DNA of 64,000 bases, taken from assembly GCA_963793865.1 (NCBI GenBank), contig CAWCBP010000004.1, forward strand, positions 96,001 to 160,000. Direction: 5' to 3'. Made by a program: the position numbers and the translations under genes. Shown one piece after another: positions 41,564 to 51,662 of the stretch. The DNA is from an uncultured delta proteobacterium (GTDB taxonomy: Bacteria; Desulfobacterota; WTBG01). The notes beneath the pieces are model-generated. The model ran no database searches and had not been told where the DNA came from. It saw only the letters and a list, made by a program, of their open reading frames with translations. The stretch's first letter is position 1, and every line of letters starts with the position of its first letter.

Positions 41564-41646
41564 AGTTATTTTTGTCGTTATCCGATAAGAACTGTTGAAA
41601 AAAATAAACAAACGATACCTTTTAACTTAAGTAAGAGGATGCCATA

Positions 41647-42855
41647 ATGCAAGCTTACGTATGGGAAGGTAAAAACGCACGGGGCATGCTGCAGAAGGGC
41701 GAGATGACTGCAAACAATGAAGCCGCGGTCAGAACAACCCTGCGGGGGCAGAAAATCCAGGCCACCAAGGTCAAAGTGAAGTCCAAGGATCTCCTGGAAA
41801 ATCTGCGCTTCCTCAGATCCAAGGTGAGCGGTAAAAGCCTCTGCGTCTTCACCCGCCAGTTTGCCACCATGATCGATGCCGGACTGCCGCTCATCCAGGG
41901 CCTGGAAATACTGGGATCGCAGGAGCCGAATCTCACCCTGAAAAAGGCCGTGGGGACCATCAGGGGTGATGTTGAAAGCGGCTCAACCCTTTCCAACGCG
42001 CTGAAAAAGCACCCCAAGATATTCAGCGATCTCTATGTCAGCCTTGTCTCCGCCGGAGAAATGGGGGGCATGCTGGACACCATTCTGAACCGGCTGGCGA
42101 CCTACATCGAAAAGGCCGAAAAGCTGAAGCGAAAAGTGAAAGGGGCCATGGTCTACCCCAGCGTCGTTTTATCCATTGCCCTCATCGTCATCGCCATTCT
42201 GCTCATCTTCGTTATTCCTGTTTTCCAGGAAATGTTTGAGGGGCTGGGAGGAGAACTCCCCGGCATCACGCAATTCGTCGTCGACCTGAGCTCATTTCTG
42301 CGCAACAATATCTTCTATCTCATCGCCGCCCTCGGCCTGCTGTTTTTTGCCTTCACCCGGTTTAAGGCCACCGAAAAGGGCAGGATCACGGTGGATAAAG
42401 TACTGCTGGGCCTTCCCATCTTCGGCAGTTTGTTGAAAAAATCGGCCATTGCCAACTTTACCAGAACCCTGCAGACCATGACCTCAAGCGGCGTGCCCAT
42501 CCTTGACGGCCTGGGCATTGTGGCCGCCACCGCGGGCAACAAAGTTGTCGAGAAGGCCATCATGGACACCAGGACCAGCATCAGCGAAGGTAAAACCATT
42601 GCCGAGCCGCTTTCCAAAAGCGGCATCTTCCCGCCCATGGTGACCCAGATGATCTCGGTGGGAGAATCCACCGGCGCGCTGGATACCATGCTGGGTAAAA
42701 TCGCCGATTTCTATGAAGATGAAGTGAACGCCGCGGTGGATGCCCTCACCGCGCTCATCGAACCCTTTATGATGGTTTTTCTGGGCGGCACCATAGGGTT
42801 TATGCTTCTCGCCATGTACATGCCCATCTTCAAGATTGCCGGCGCCATCCAGTAA
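41647..42855 (+). CDS. pilC: Type IV pilus platform protein PilC
   Basis: FTRQFATMIDAGLP, AMVYP, VGESTGALD, AMYMPIF. Confidence 0.95.
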   Translation: MQAYVWEGKNARGMLQKGEMTANNEAAVRTTLRGQKIQATKVKVKSKDLLENLRFLRSKVSGKSLCVFTRQFATMIDAGLPLIQGLEILGSQEPNLTLKKAVGTIRGDVESGSTLSNALKKHPKIFSDLYVSLVSAGEMGGMLDTILNRLATYIEKAEKLKRKVKGAMVYPSVVLSIALIVIAILLIFVIPVFQEMFEGLGGELPGITQFVVDLSSFLRNNIFYLIAALGLLFFAFTRFKATEKGRITVDKVLLGLPIFGSLLKKSAIANFTRTLQTMTSSGVPILDGLGIVAATAGNKVVEKAIMDTRTSISEGKTIAEPLSKSGIFPPMVTQMISVGESTGALDTMLGKIADFYEDEVNAAVDALTALIEPFMMVFLGGTIGFMLLAMYMPIFKIAGAIQ

Positions 42856-42963
42856 CGGAAGCTGCCGGTCTTTCACCTTCGCCGAAGGAAGCCTTTCTGC
42901 GTCCCACCCGGGGACTGCCTCCGCATTTTCTCAATAAATATCGGTACATTCCGGATATTTGCC

Positions 42964-42992
42964 TTGACTCGGCCGTGCGGGTACGATACCAT
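42964..42992 (+). promoter_or_regulatory. Sigma70-like promoter for the lysS operon
   Basis: TTGACT-17-TACCAT, ~30 nt before the ATG. Confidence 0.55.
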
Positions 42993-43021
42993 TAGGCATT
43001 TTTTTATCCGGGAGAAATTGC

Positions 43022-44500
43022 ATGGAGGAAATAAGCACCCTGATGGAGCTGCGCAGGAAGAAACTCGAGGAGTGCAGGCTTCTCGGTATCAATCCCTTTC
43101 CCAATGATTTCAGGGTCTCGCACACCGCGGCCGAAATTGCCGGGCGTTTCAGGGAGATGCCGCCCGAAGAGGTGGAGCAGGTGCAGGAGAGGTTCCGCCT
43201 GGGCGGACGCATCATGTCCATGCGCAACTTCGGCAAGGCCGCCTTTGTGCACCTGCAGGACGGCAGCGGCAGGATCCAGGCCTACCTGCAAAAAGGGCTG
43301 CTCAGCGACGGCGACTTCAGCCTGATCAAAAAACTTGATGTGGGCGATTTTATCGGCATCGAGGGCACCGTTTTCGTCACCCGCACCGGGGAGCTCACCA
43401 TAAAAGGGGACCGGCTGAAGCTGCTGGTCAAATCTCTGCGCCCCCTTCCCGAGAAATGGCACGGCCTGTCAAACATTGAAATCCGCTACCGGCAGCGCTA
43501 TCTGGACCTGCTGATGAACCCGGGCGTCAAGGCGGTCTTCCTCAACCGCTCCCGGATCATCAACCTCATACGGACATTTTTGCAGGAGCGGGGATTCGTC
43601 GAGGTGGAAACGCCCATGATGCAGGCCATACCGGGGGGCGCCACCGCCCGCCCCTTTCAAACCTACCACAACACCTACAAGCTCAACCTCTACCTGCGCA
43701 TCTCCCCGGAGCTGTATCTGAAGCGGCTCCTGGTGGGGGGCATGGAAAAGGTTTTTGAAATCAACCGCAATTTCAGAAATGAGGGTGTTTCCACCCAGCA
43801 CAATCCCGAATTCACCATGCTTGAATTCTATCAGGCCTACGCCACCTACGAAGACTGCATGAATCTGACCGAGGAGCTTATCTGCCACCTCGCGCTCAGC
43901 CTGCATTCCGCCCTGCGCGTTCCCTATCTTGAGGGAGAAATAGACTTCACCCCTCCCTGGCCGCGCTTTACCATGGAAGAGGCGATTGTCCATTACGGCC
44001 ATGTGGACCCCGCGGACCTGAAGGACAGCGGGAGGACCCTGCAGGTGCTTCACCGCCTCGGCCTGACCCCCACCGACCCCCGGGACCCGGGAAACTGCAT
44101 CAATGATCTCTTCGAGGAAATCGTGCAGCCCCGCCTCGTCAGGCCGACGTTCATCACCAGCTACCCCACCTCCATCTCCCCCCTCGCGCGGAACAACGAC
44201 GCCGACCCGGACCGGGTTGACCGCTTTGAACTGTTCATCAACGGGCAGGAGATAGCCAACGCCTTTTCGGAGCTGAACGATCCCCTGGAGCAGCACCGGC
44301 GCTTCAAAAACCAGCCCGCGGTCAGGGAGCACGGCGAAGAAGCGGGAAGGCTGGACGAGGACTTTATCGAAGCGCTCGAATACGGCATGCCCCCGGCGGC
44401 GGGCGAAGGCATCGGCATCGACCGCCTGGTGATGCTGCTCTGCAATGCCTCCTCCATACGCGATGTGATCCTCTTCCCCCTGCTCAAGCCTGAAAGGTAA
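43022..44500 (+). CDS. lysS: Lysine-tRNA ligase (class II)
   Basis: RQRYLDL, GGATARPF, FRNEG, GIGIDRL. Confidence 0.98.
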   Translation: MEEISTLMELRRKKLEECRLLGINPFPNDFRVSHTAAEIAGRFREMPPEEVEQVQERFRLGGRIMSMRNFGKAAFVHLQDGSGRIQAYLQKGLLSDGDFSLIKKLDVGDFIGIEGTVFVTRTGELTIKGDRLKLLVKSLRPLPEKWHGLSNIEIRYRQRYLDLLMNPGVKAVFLNRSRIINLIRTFLQERGFVEVETPMMQAIPGGATARPFQTYHNTYKLNLYLRISPELYLKRLLVGGMEKVFEINRNFRNEGVSTQHNPEFTMLEFYQAYATYEDCMNLTEELICHLALSLHSALRVPYLEGEIDFTPPWPRFTMEEAIVHYGHVDPADLKDSGRTLQVLHRLGLTPTDPRDPGNCINDLFEEIVQPRLVRPTFITSYPTSISPLARNNDADPDRVDRFELFINGQEIANAFSELNDPLEQHRRFKNQPAVREHGEEAGRLDEDFIEALEYGMPPAAGEGIGIDRLVMLLCNASSIRDVILFPLLKPER

Positions 44501-44506
44501 GCCCTG

Positions 44507-45745
44507 ATGCGGAACATACCCTACGAGCTCTTTATCAGCCTGCGCTACCTCAAGGCGCGGAGAAAGCAGGCCTTCGTTTCGGTCATCAGCTTCATTTCCA
44601 TAGGCGGGGTGGCCATCGGGGTGATGGCCCTGATCATTGTGCTGGGCGTCATGACCGGCTTCAGCGATGACCTGCGGACCAAGATTCTCGGGGCCAAGTC
44701 CCACCTGGTCATTTACCAGCTTGGCGCGGGCATGCCCGACTACCGCGAGATAATAAAAGAAGTTAAAACCGTCGCCGGGGTTGAATCCGCCACCCCCGCC
44801 ATGTTAAACCAGGTGATGATCTCCTCCCCCTCCAACACCGTCGGGCCGATGATCAAGGGCATCGACCCGGCAAGCGCCCCCACGGTGACCAACCTCGGAT
44901 CCATCATCAAGGAGGGAACCCTGCAGGACCTGGACAAAGAGCTTCCCTCGGGCCTTCCGGGAATCATCCTGGGCAAGGAGCTGGGGATGATCCTCGGGGT
45001 GGTCACCGGAGATGAAATCAAGGTCATATCCCCCTTCGGCACCATGACACCGGCGGGCATGGCGCCGCGCGCTTCCCGCTTCCAGGTGGTGGGGATCTTT
45101 GACTCGGGCATGTATGAATACGACTCCTCGCTGGCCTACGTCTCGTTGGCGCAGGCGCAGGACTTTTTCAATCAGCCGGACGTGGCCACGGAGATAGAGG
45201 TCAAGGTGGAGGACATATACCGGGTCAAGCAGCTCTCCCTGAAGATCCAGGAGCACCTGGGCGCGCGCTACCAGGTGCGGGACTGGATGGATATGCACAA
45301 GAACCTCTACGCGGCGCTGAAGCTGGAGAAAATGGCCATGTTTATCATCCTGGTGCTGATCATCCTGGTGGCCTCCTTCAACATCGTGGGGACCCTGATC
45401 ATGGTGGTGCGGGACAAGCACAAGGACATCGCTATCCTCAAGTCCATGGGGGCGCAGTCGTTGAGCATCATGAAAATATTCATTCTGGAAGGGCTGATCA
45501 TCGGCCTCACCGGCACCGTGCTGGGCATCCTGGGAGGCTTCGTTGTCGCCGCGCTGCAGAACACCTACCACATCGTCGGCCTGCCGCCCGATGTGTATTA
45601 CATATCCCATCTCATCATAAAAATTACGCCCAGGGATTTGATTTTGGTGACCGTTTCTGCTATAAGCATTAGCCTCATGGCCACCCTCTATCCCTCCTGG
45701 CAGGCTGCACAGCTGGACCCGGCGGAGACACTGCGCTATGAATAA
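44507..45745 (+). CDS. lolE: Lipoprotein-releasing ABC permease LolC/E
   Basis: ALIIVLGVMTGF, DIAILKSMGA, DPAETLRYE. Confidence 0.92.
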   Translation: MRNIPYELFISLRYLKARRKQAFVSVISFISIGGVAIGVMALIIVLGVMTGFSDDLRTKILGAKSHLVIYQLGAGMPDYREIIKEVKTVAGVESATPAMLNQVMISSPSNTVGPMIKGIDPASAPTVTNLGSIIKEGTLQDLDKELPSGLPGIILGKELGMILGVVTGDEIKVISPFGTMTPAGMAPRASRFQVVGIFDSGMYEYDSSLAYVSLAQAQDFFNQPDVATEIEVKVEDIYRVKQLSLKIQEHLGARYQVRDWMDMHKNLYAALKLEKMAMFIILVLIILVASFNIVGTLIMVVRDKHKDIAILKSMGAQSLSIMKIFILEGLIIGLTGTVLGILGGFVVAALQNTYHIVGLPPDVYYISHLIIKITPRDLILVTVSAISISLMATLYPSWQAAQLDPAETLRYE

Positions 45746-45785
45746 TCCCCCCCTCAAACAGGCCGGGCCGGCAACGGGAGAGACA

Positions 45786-46487
45786 ATGCTCATTGAGGTG
45801 AAGGGCCTCTGCAAAATCTACGGAATGAATCACAAAACCGTTGAGGCGCTCAAGGATATAAGCTTCTCGCTGGCGGAGGGGGAGCTGGTGACCATCGTGG
45901 GGGCCTCGGGGGCGGGCAAGAGCACCCTGCTGCACCTGCTGGGGGCGCTGGACCATCCCACCTCGGGAGACATCCTCTACCGGGGGGCCAGCCTCTTTTC
46001 CTTAAGCGATGTGCAGCTGGCTGATTTCAGGAACAAAAACGTGGGATTCATCTTCCAGTTTCACTACCTGCTGCCCGAATTTACGGCGCTCGAAAACACC
46101 ATGATGCCTGCTCTTATCAGGGGATACAGTCGGGACGAGGCGCTTGAGGCGGCGGAATCCATATTGACCTTTGTGGGGCTTAAAGACCGGCTGACCCACA
46201 AGCAGTCGGAGCTCTCCGGCGGGGAGCAGCAGCGGGTGGCCGTTGCCCGGGCGCTGGTGCTTAAGCCCGGGATCGTCCTGGCGGACGAGCCCACCGGAAA
46301 CCTTGATTCGCGGACCGGAGAATCCATCTTCGAGCTTCTGGTGTCGCTGAACCGGGATTTGCGCATCACCGTGGTGCTGGTAACCCACAACGAGGGCATG
46401 GCATCAAGGATTCCCCGGCGCATCACCCTCACCGACGGCCGGATGAGCCGCACCCCGGAACCGTCCGCGAGCGAACGAAAGCCATGA
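45786..46487 (+). CDS. lolD: Lipoprotein-releasing ABC ATPase
   Basis: GASGAGKST, FQFHYLLPEF, LSGGEQQR, ADEPTGNLD. Confidence 0.92.
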   Translation: MLIEVKGLCKIYGMNHKTVEALKDISFSLAEGELVTIVGASGAGKSTLLHLLGALDHPTSGDILYRGASLFSLSDVQLADFRNKNVGFIFQFHYLLPEFTALENTMMPALIRGYSRDEALEAAESILTFVGLKDRLTHKQSELSGGEQQRVAVARALVLKPGIVLADEPTGNLDSRTGESIFELLVSLNRDLRITVVLVTHNEGMASRIPRRITLTDGRMSRTPEPSASERKP

Positions 46488-49147
46488 TGACCAAGAAACT
46501 TCTTCTGATGGTGATATGCTGCCTGCTGTCAAGCAGCGCCTGGGGCAATGCACCGCGAACGGTTGCCGTCTTTCCCTTTGCGGTTCACAGCCGGGAAAAT
46601 CTCGACTACCTCGGCCAGGGCATAGCCGACATGCTGCTCACCCGCATGGAAGAGGCCGCCGACCTCGTGACCGTTGACAAGCACACCCTGAAAATGGCGC
46701 TGACCCCGGACAGGGGCCCGATGGATGAACGCCTGGTGCGCGAGCTGTCACGCGCGGTGGGGGCGGAGTACGCCATCACCGGCAGCTTCACCAAAATCGG
46801 CGCCGGCGCCAGCGTCGACGCGCTCATCATCGACGCCTCCGGGCAGAAAGAGAACCGGCACGTCTACGTACAGTGCGAGAGCCTGGAGGTTCTTCCCGCC
46901 CGCATCGCCCAGCTCGCGCGGCAGCTCAATCTCACCATACTCGACAAGGAGGTCATTGCCGGCATTGCCGTGCGGGGCAATCGCTACATAGAAAAGGACG
47001 CCATCCTGCTGGTGCTCAAGAGCAAAGAAGGCGACCTCTATGCTCCCGAAGCCCTCCAGGAGGATCTGCGCCAGGTCTACGGGATGGGCTATTTCAGCGA
47101 CGTGCAGATTGAAAGCGAGGATGTACCCGGAGGAAAGCTGGTCACCTTCGCGGTGGTGGAGCGTCCGGTGGTGAGCCAGATCAAGATCCAGGGCAACAAG
47201 CAGATCAAGACGCCGGACATACAGAAGACGCTGGGCGTCAAGCTGGGGAGGGTGCTGGACCAGAACCAGGTGCGGAAAGACGCGGAGGGCATCAGAAAGC
47301 TGTACACGGACAAGGGATATCTGAGCGCCGAGATCGACCACAAGCTCACGCCCTCCGGCGAGGGTGAAACATCGGTGGATTACTACATCCGGGAAAACGA
47401 AATCTCCAAGATTAAGAAAATATCCTTTGTGGGCAATACCCAGATCAAGAGCAAGCAGCTCAGGGGCATCATGGAAACCCGCCAGAAAAACATGCTCTCC
47501 TTCATTACCAGCGCGGGCATATTCAAGGAGGAGGCGCTGCAAAAGGACGTGGAAAAGCTCATGGCCTATTATTACTACCAGGGCTACATCAAGGCCACGG
47601 TGAGCAATCCCGCCGTCACCCACGAGGGCAAGGATATCTTCATCACCATACCCGTTGAGGAGGGCGACCGCTTCAACATCGGCACGGTTGACCTCACCGG
47701 GGACCTCATCCTCCCGCGCGAATCGCTCGCCAAGGACATTTTAGCCATCGAGGGAAAGGTGTTCAGCAGCAATTATCTCAACAAGGACATGGTGAACCTC
47801 CGGGAGCTTTACGCGGACAAGGGATACGCCAACGTGGACATCTCCCCCCTGACCGCGATTCATGACGAGCAGAAAACCGTCGACATCACCTATGACATTG
47901 CCCAGGGAGAAAAGGTCTATTTCGAAAAAATCAACATCACCGGCAACAACCGCACCCGGGACAAGGTGATCCGCCGGGAGGTGAGGGTTGCGGAGGGGGA
48001 TCTGTACAGCAACAGCAAAATCAAGCGGAGCCAGCAGGAGCTTGAAAACCTGGGCTACTTCAAGAAGTCCAATCTCACCACGTCCGCGGGAAGCAGCGGC
48101 AGCAAGGTCAACCTCAATGTGGAAGTGGAGGAAAAGCCGACCGGGTCCATCAGCTTCGGCGCGGGCTACAGCTCCGTGGACAGCCTGGTGGGCATGATCC
48201 AGTTTTCCCAGGAAAACTTCCGGGGCAAGGGGCAGCGCTTTGACATCTCAGCCCAGCTGGGTGGCACCAACCGTTTCATGTTCTCCTTCACCGAGCCCTG
48301 GTTCCGCGACACCCGGTGGAGCGCTGGCTTTGACCTTTACAACATGGAGCGCTGGTACGAGGACTTTGACAGCGAGAGCACGGGCGGGGGCGTTCGCATC
48401 GGGCATCCTATCGGCGAGTACACCAAGTTTAATTTCGGCTATGAATACGAAACCGTCGACGTATCCAACGTGGACGCGGACGCGGCCGTTGAAATTCTCG
48501 AGCAGGAGGGAACCACCGACGTCGGCGCCTTCAACGCTGGGATTATCCGCAACACCCTGGACAACCGCTTTACCCCCCGCAGGGGAACCCTCAACTCCCT
48601 GACCGGGAAGTTTGCCGGGCTGGGAGGGGACAGCGGCTTTGCAACCCTCGAGGCCAGCAGCAGCAGGTTTTTCCCCCTCCCCTGGGATACCGCCTTCATG
48701 ATCCGGGGGACTATCGGTTACATCTTTGGCTATAGCGGTGATGACATACCCATTTTTGAAAAATTCTTTCTGGGGGGTCTGGACAGCCTGAGAGGTTTTG
48801 AAGAGCGCTCGGTCGGGCCCCGGGTAAAGAGAAGCGAATACAACCGTTTCATAACCGATCCCAACGACTACGACGTGGTGGGAGGAGAAAAAGAGCTCTT
48901 TTTCAACTTCGAATACATCTTTCCCATCGTCAAGAGCGCGGGTATCCGGGGGGATATCTTTTTTGATACCGGGAACGCCTACCGGCAGAGCGAAAGCTAT
49001 TTCTCGGATATGCGGAAAAGCGTGGGGGCAGGTATACGCTGGCAGTCGCCCTTCGGCCCCCTGCGGGTGGAGTGGGGTCTTAACCTCTCTCCCAAAGAGG
49101 ATGAGGACAGCAGTCAGATTCACTTTACCATGGGAACCATGTTCTAG
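46484..49147 (+). CDS. bamA: BamA with an extra N-terminal domain
   Basis: POTRA repeats, LRGF, WQSPFGP, terminal Phe. Confidence 0.97.
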   Translation: MMTKKLLLMVICCLLSSSAWGNAPRTVAVFPFAVHSRENLDYLGQGIADMLLTRMEEAADLVTVDKHTLKMALTPDRGPMDERLVRELSRAVGAEYAITGSFTKIGAGASVDALIIDASGQKENRHVYVQCESLEVLPARIAQLARQLNLTILDKEVIAGIAVRGNRYIEKDAILLVLKSKEGDLYAPEALQEDLRQVYGMGYFSDVQIESEDVPGGKLVTFAVVERPVVSQIKIQGNKQIKTPDIQKTLGVKLGRVLDQNQVRKDAEGIRKLYTDKGYLSAEIDHKLTPSGEGETSVDYYIRENEISKIKKISFVGNTQIKSKQLRGIMETRQKNMLSFITSAGIFKEEALQKDVEKLMAYYYYQGYIKATVSNPAVTHEGKDIFITIPVEEGDRFNIGTVDLTGDLILPRESLAKDILAIEGKVFSSNYLNKDMVNLRELYADKGYANVDISPLTAIHDEQKTVDITYDIAQGEKVYFEKINITGNNRTRDKVIRREVRVAEGDLYSNSKIKRSQQELENLGYFKKSNLTTSAGSSGSKVNLNVEVEEKPTGSISFGAGYSSVDSLVGMIQFSQENFRGKGQRFDISAQLGGTNRFMFSFTEPWFRDTRWSAGFDLYNMERWYEDFDSESTGGGVRIGHPIGEYTKFNFGYEYETVDVSNVDADAAVEILEQEGTTDVGAFNAGIIRNTLDNRFTPRRGTLNSLTGKFAGLGGDSGFATLEASSSRFFPLPWDTAFMIRGTIGYIFGYSGDDIPIFEKFFLGGLDSLRGFEERSVGPRVKRSEYNRFITDPNDYDVVGGEKELFFNFEYIFPIVKSAGIRGDIFFDTGNAYRQSESYFSDMRKSVGAGIRWQSPFGPLRVEWGLNLSPKEDEDSSQIHFTMGTMF

Positions 49148-49367
49148 CAGGCTGTTGAAAAACACCCTGAGAACAGTCATATGCGCTCAGTTGCTTCTCC
49201 GGCAATGACTTTTATGAAAAGCAAAATACATCAGTCGTTGCGAGGAGTCCTTCCCGGACGACGAAGCAATCTCATATAAAAAGTTTAAAACAATCGGAGG
49301 ATAATTATCTTGTTTTGGACACTAATGCTGTCAGACAATTTTGAATGAACACACAAGGAGAAAGTAC

Positions 49368-49904
49368 ATGAAAAAAGGATGCCTGATAGGTGCTGCTTTG
49401 ATGCTGTCAATGATGATACGCCTTGCCTCCCCGGCGGCGGCCGAATACCGGCTTGCCTACGTGGACCTGCAGAAGGCGCTCAACCTTTGCAAGGCCGGGC
49501 AGGAAGCGAAGGAAAAATTTGCCAAGAAGGTGGAAAAGGCGGAGCAGAGCCTTGCCGGCAGGCAGGAGGAGCTGAAAAAGCTCCAGGAGTCCCTTGAAAA
49601 GCAGGGGTCCATGCTCAATGAAGCGGCATTAAAGGAAAAGAAGAGGGACTATGAGGCAAAGCTCAGGGATTTCAAGCGGCTCTACGACGAGTCCCAGGAC
49701 GAGCTGAAGGCGCAGGACAACGACGCGGTCAAGGAGATCCTTTCCGAGCTGGTGAAAATCACCCAGAGCTACGGAAAGGAGAAAGGCTTTACCTTTGTCT
49801 TTGAAAAGAGCGAGAGCGCCCTTCTCTTCGCCGATGAGACCATGGAAATAACCGACGAGATCATCAAGCGCTACGACGCATCCTATGCCCAGGGCGGCAA
49901 GTAA
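49368..49904 (+). CDS. skp: Skp/OmpH chaperone
   Basis: AYVDLQKAL, coiled coil, EITDEII. Confidence 0.92.
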   Translation: MKKGCLIGAALMLSMMIRLASPAAAEYRLAYVDLQKALNLCKAGQEAKEKFAKKVEKAEQSLAGRQEELKKLQESLEKQGSMLNEAALKEKKRDYEAKLRDFKRLYDESQDELKAQDNDAVKEILSELVKITQSYGKEKGFTFVFEKSESALLFADETMEITDEIIKRYDASYAQGGK

Positions 49905-49930
49905 GCGGATCGGCACGAGACGGTTGAATC

Positions 49931-50971
49931 ATGCAGACAGTCACGCTCAAAGAGCTGCGGGCACTGGTGGGGGGCGAGATCATCGGCGATGAGAGCCTGG
50001 CCATTTCCGGCATCTCCAGCCTGGATGATGCCGGGGAGGGAGAAATCACCTTCATCGCCAAGCCCGCCTATCTGTCCAGGGCCGGCGCGACCAAAGCCTC
50101 CGCCATCATCGTCTCTCAGGAAATAGAAGCCCCCGGCAAATCGCTGCTCATAACCGCCAACCCCTATCTGGCCTACGCGCAGATAGCCACCCTGTTCCAC
50201 CGGCCCTCCGACCGGCCGCCGGGCATTGACCGGAGCGCCGTCATCGGGGAAGACACCCGCGTCGGGAAGGACGTATCCATCCATCCCCTGGTCGTACTCG
50301 GAAACCGGGTTACCGTCGGCGACGGGGTGGTCATGTACCCCCATACCTTTGTCGGGGACGACTGCTTCATTGACGAGGGGACGGTGCTCTACTCCAATGT
50401 CTCCGTGCGGGAGCGATGCCGCATCGGCAAGCGGGTGATCATCCACGCGGGAAGCGTCATCGGCAGCGACGGGTTCGGATTCGCACCCGACGGCACGCGC
50501 TACCACAAGATTCCCCAGGTGGGAACCGTCCGGATTGATGATGATGTTGAGATCGGCGCCAACAATACCATCGACCGGGGCGCCCTGGGAAAGACATGGA
50601 TCAAGCGGGGGGTTAAAACCGACAATCTGGTTCACATAGCCCATAACGTGGTGGTGGGAGAAGACACCCTGCTGGTTGCCCAGGTGGGCATCTCCGGAAG
50701 CACCGTCATCGGAAACCACGTCACCCTTGCCGGCCAGGTGGGGGTGGTCGGGCACGTGGAAATCGGGGATAACGTCATGGTCGGCGCCCAGACCGGTATA
50801 AGCGGCAGCGTCTCCGCCAACAGCGTCGTTTCCGGAACTCCCCACATGCCGCACCGGGAGTGGCTTAAGGCGTCCCGCTGCTTCCCCCTGCTCCCCCGGA
50901 TGCGAAAAACTCTCAGGGCCCTTGAGGAGCGGATTCTGAAACTGGAGGAAATGCTAAACAAGCACACGTGA
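49931..50971 (+). CDS. lpxD: LpxD N-acyltransferase
   Basis: GSDGFGF, IGANNTIDRG, DNLVHIAHN. Confidence 0.97.
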   Translation: MQTVTLKELRALVGGEIIGDESLAISGISSLDDAGEGEITFIAKPAYLSRAGATKASAIIVSQEIEAPGKSLLITANPYLAYAQIATLFHRPSDRPPGIDRSAVIGEDTRVGKDVSIHPLVVLGNRVTVGDGVVMYPHTFVGDDCFIDEGTVLYSNVSVRERCRIGKRVIIHAGSVIGSDGFGFAPDGTRYHKIPQVGTVRIDDDVEIGANNTIDRGALGKTWIKRGVKTDNLVHIAHNVVVGEDTLLVAQVGISGSTVIGNHVTLAGQVGVVGHVEIGDNVMVGAQTGISGSVSANSVVSGTPHMPHREWLKASRCFPLLPRMRKTLRALEERILKLEEMLNKHT

Positions 50972-50980
50972 ATTGGTAGC

Positions 50981-51088
50981 ATCCACAAATCCGAAGCACG
51001 AAATCCCTGAAATGATGGGATATGCGATTTGTGATGTGGGATGAAAAAATTTTTAATCTCAAATCACAGATCCCACATCACACATCAT
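50981..51088. repeat. Inverted arms of 7-bp periodic repeats
   Basis: gatggga-tatgcga-tttgtga-tgtggga versus atctcaa-atcacag-atcccac-atcacac. Confidence 0.7.
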
Positions 51089-51176
51089 TAAGTACTGAGA
51101 GACTCACCAGCTTAAGAAAGGTAAGCAATAAGATGCACCTCGTCTAGAAGTTACAACCCCGAGTTGGAGATGGACA

Positions 51177-51617
51177 ATGAAAGACATACAGGAGATCATG
51201 AGTCTGCTTCCGCACCGCTACCCCTTCCTCCTGGTCGACAAAATCCTGGAGATGGAAGAGGGCAAGCGGATAGTGGGCATTAAAAACGTGACCATCAACG
51301 AGCCCTTCTTCCAGGGGCACTTCCCCGGATCTCCCATCATGCCCGGCGTGCTGATCATCGAGGCAATGGCCCAGACCTGGGGCATCCTGGTGCTCTCGTC
51401 CGACCGCGACAAGGCGGGGAGCAAGAACATTCTTTTCCTCGGCATCGACAACGCGCGCTTCCGCAAGCCGGTCTACCCCGGCGACCAGCTCCGCTTTGAG
51501 CTGCAAGCGCTCAACCTGAAGCGATCCATCTGGAAGTTCAAGGGGGAGGCCTTTGTAAACGGAGAGCTGGTGGCCGAAGCGGAGCTCATGGCCACCATCG
51601 CTCAAAAAGAGGCTTAA
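51177..51617 (+). CDS. fabZ: 3-hydroxyacyl-ACP dehydratase
   Basis: [26 protein letters not shown]. Confidence 0.98.
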   Translation: MKDIQEIMSLLPHRYPFLLVDKILEMEEGKRIVGIKNVTINEPFFQGHFPGSPIMPGVLIIEAMAQTWGILVLSSDRDKAGSKNILFLGIDNARFRKPVYPGDQLRFELQALNLKRSIWKFKGEAFVNGELVAEAELMATIAQKEA

Positions 51618-51662
51618 CAACAGGCGATCTCTGCTTTTTAAGATCGCAGGAAAGGCATACGC

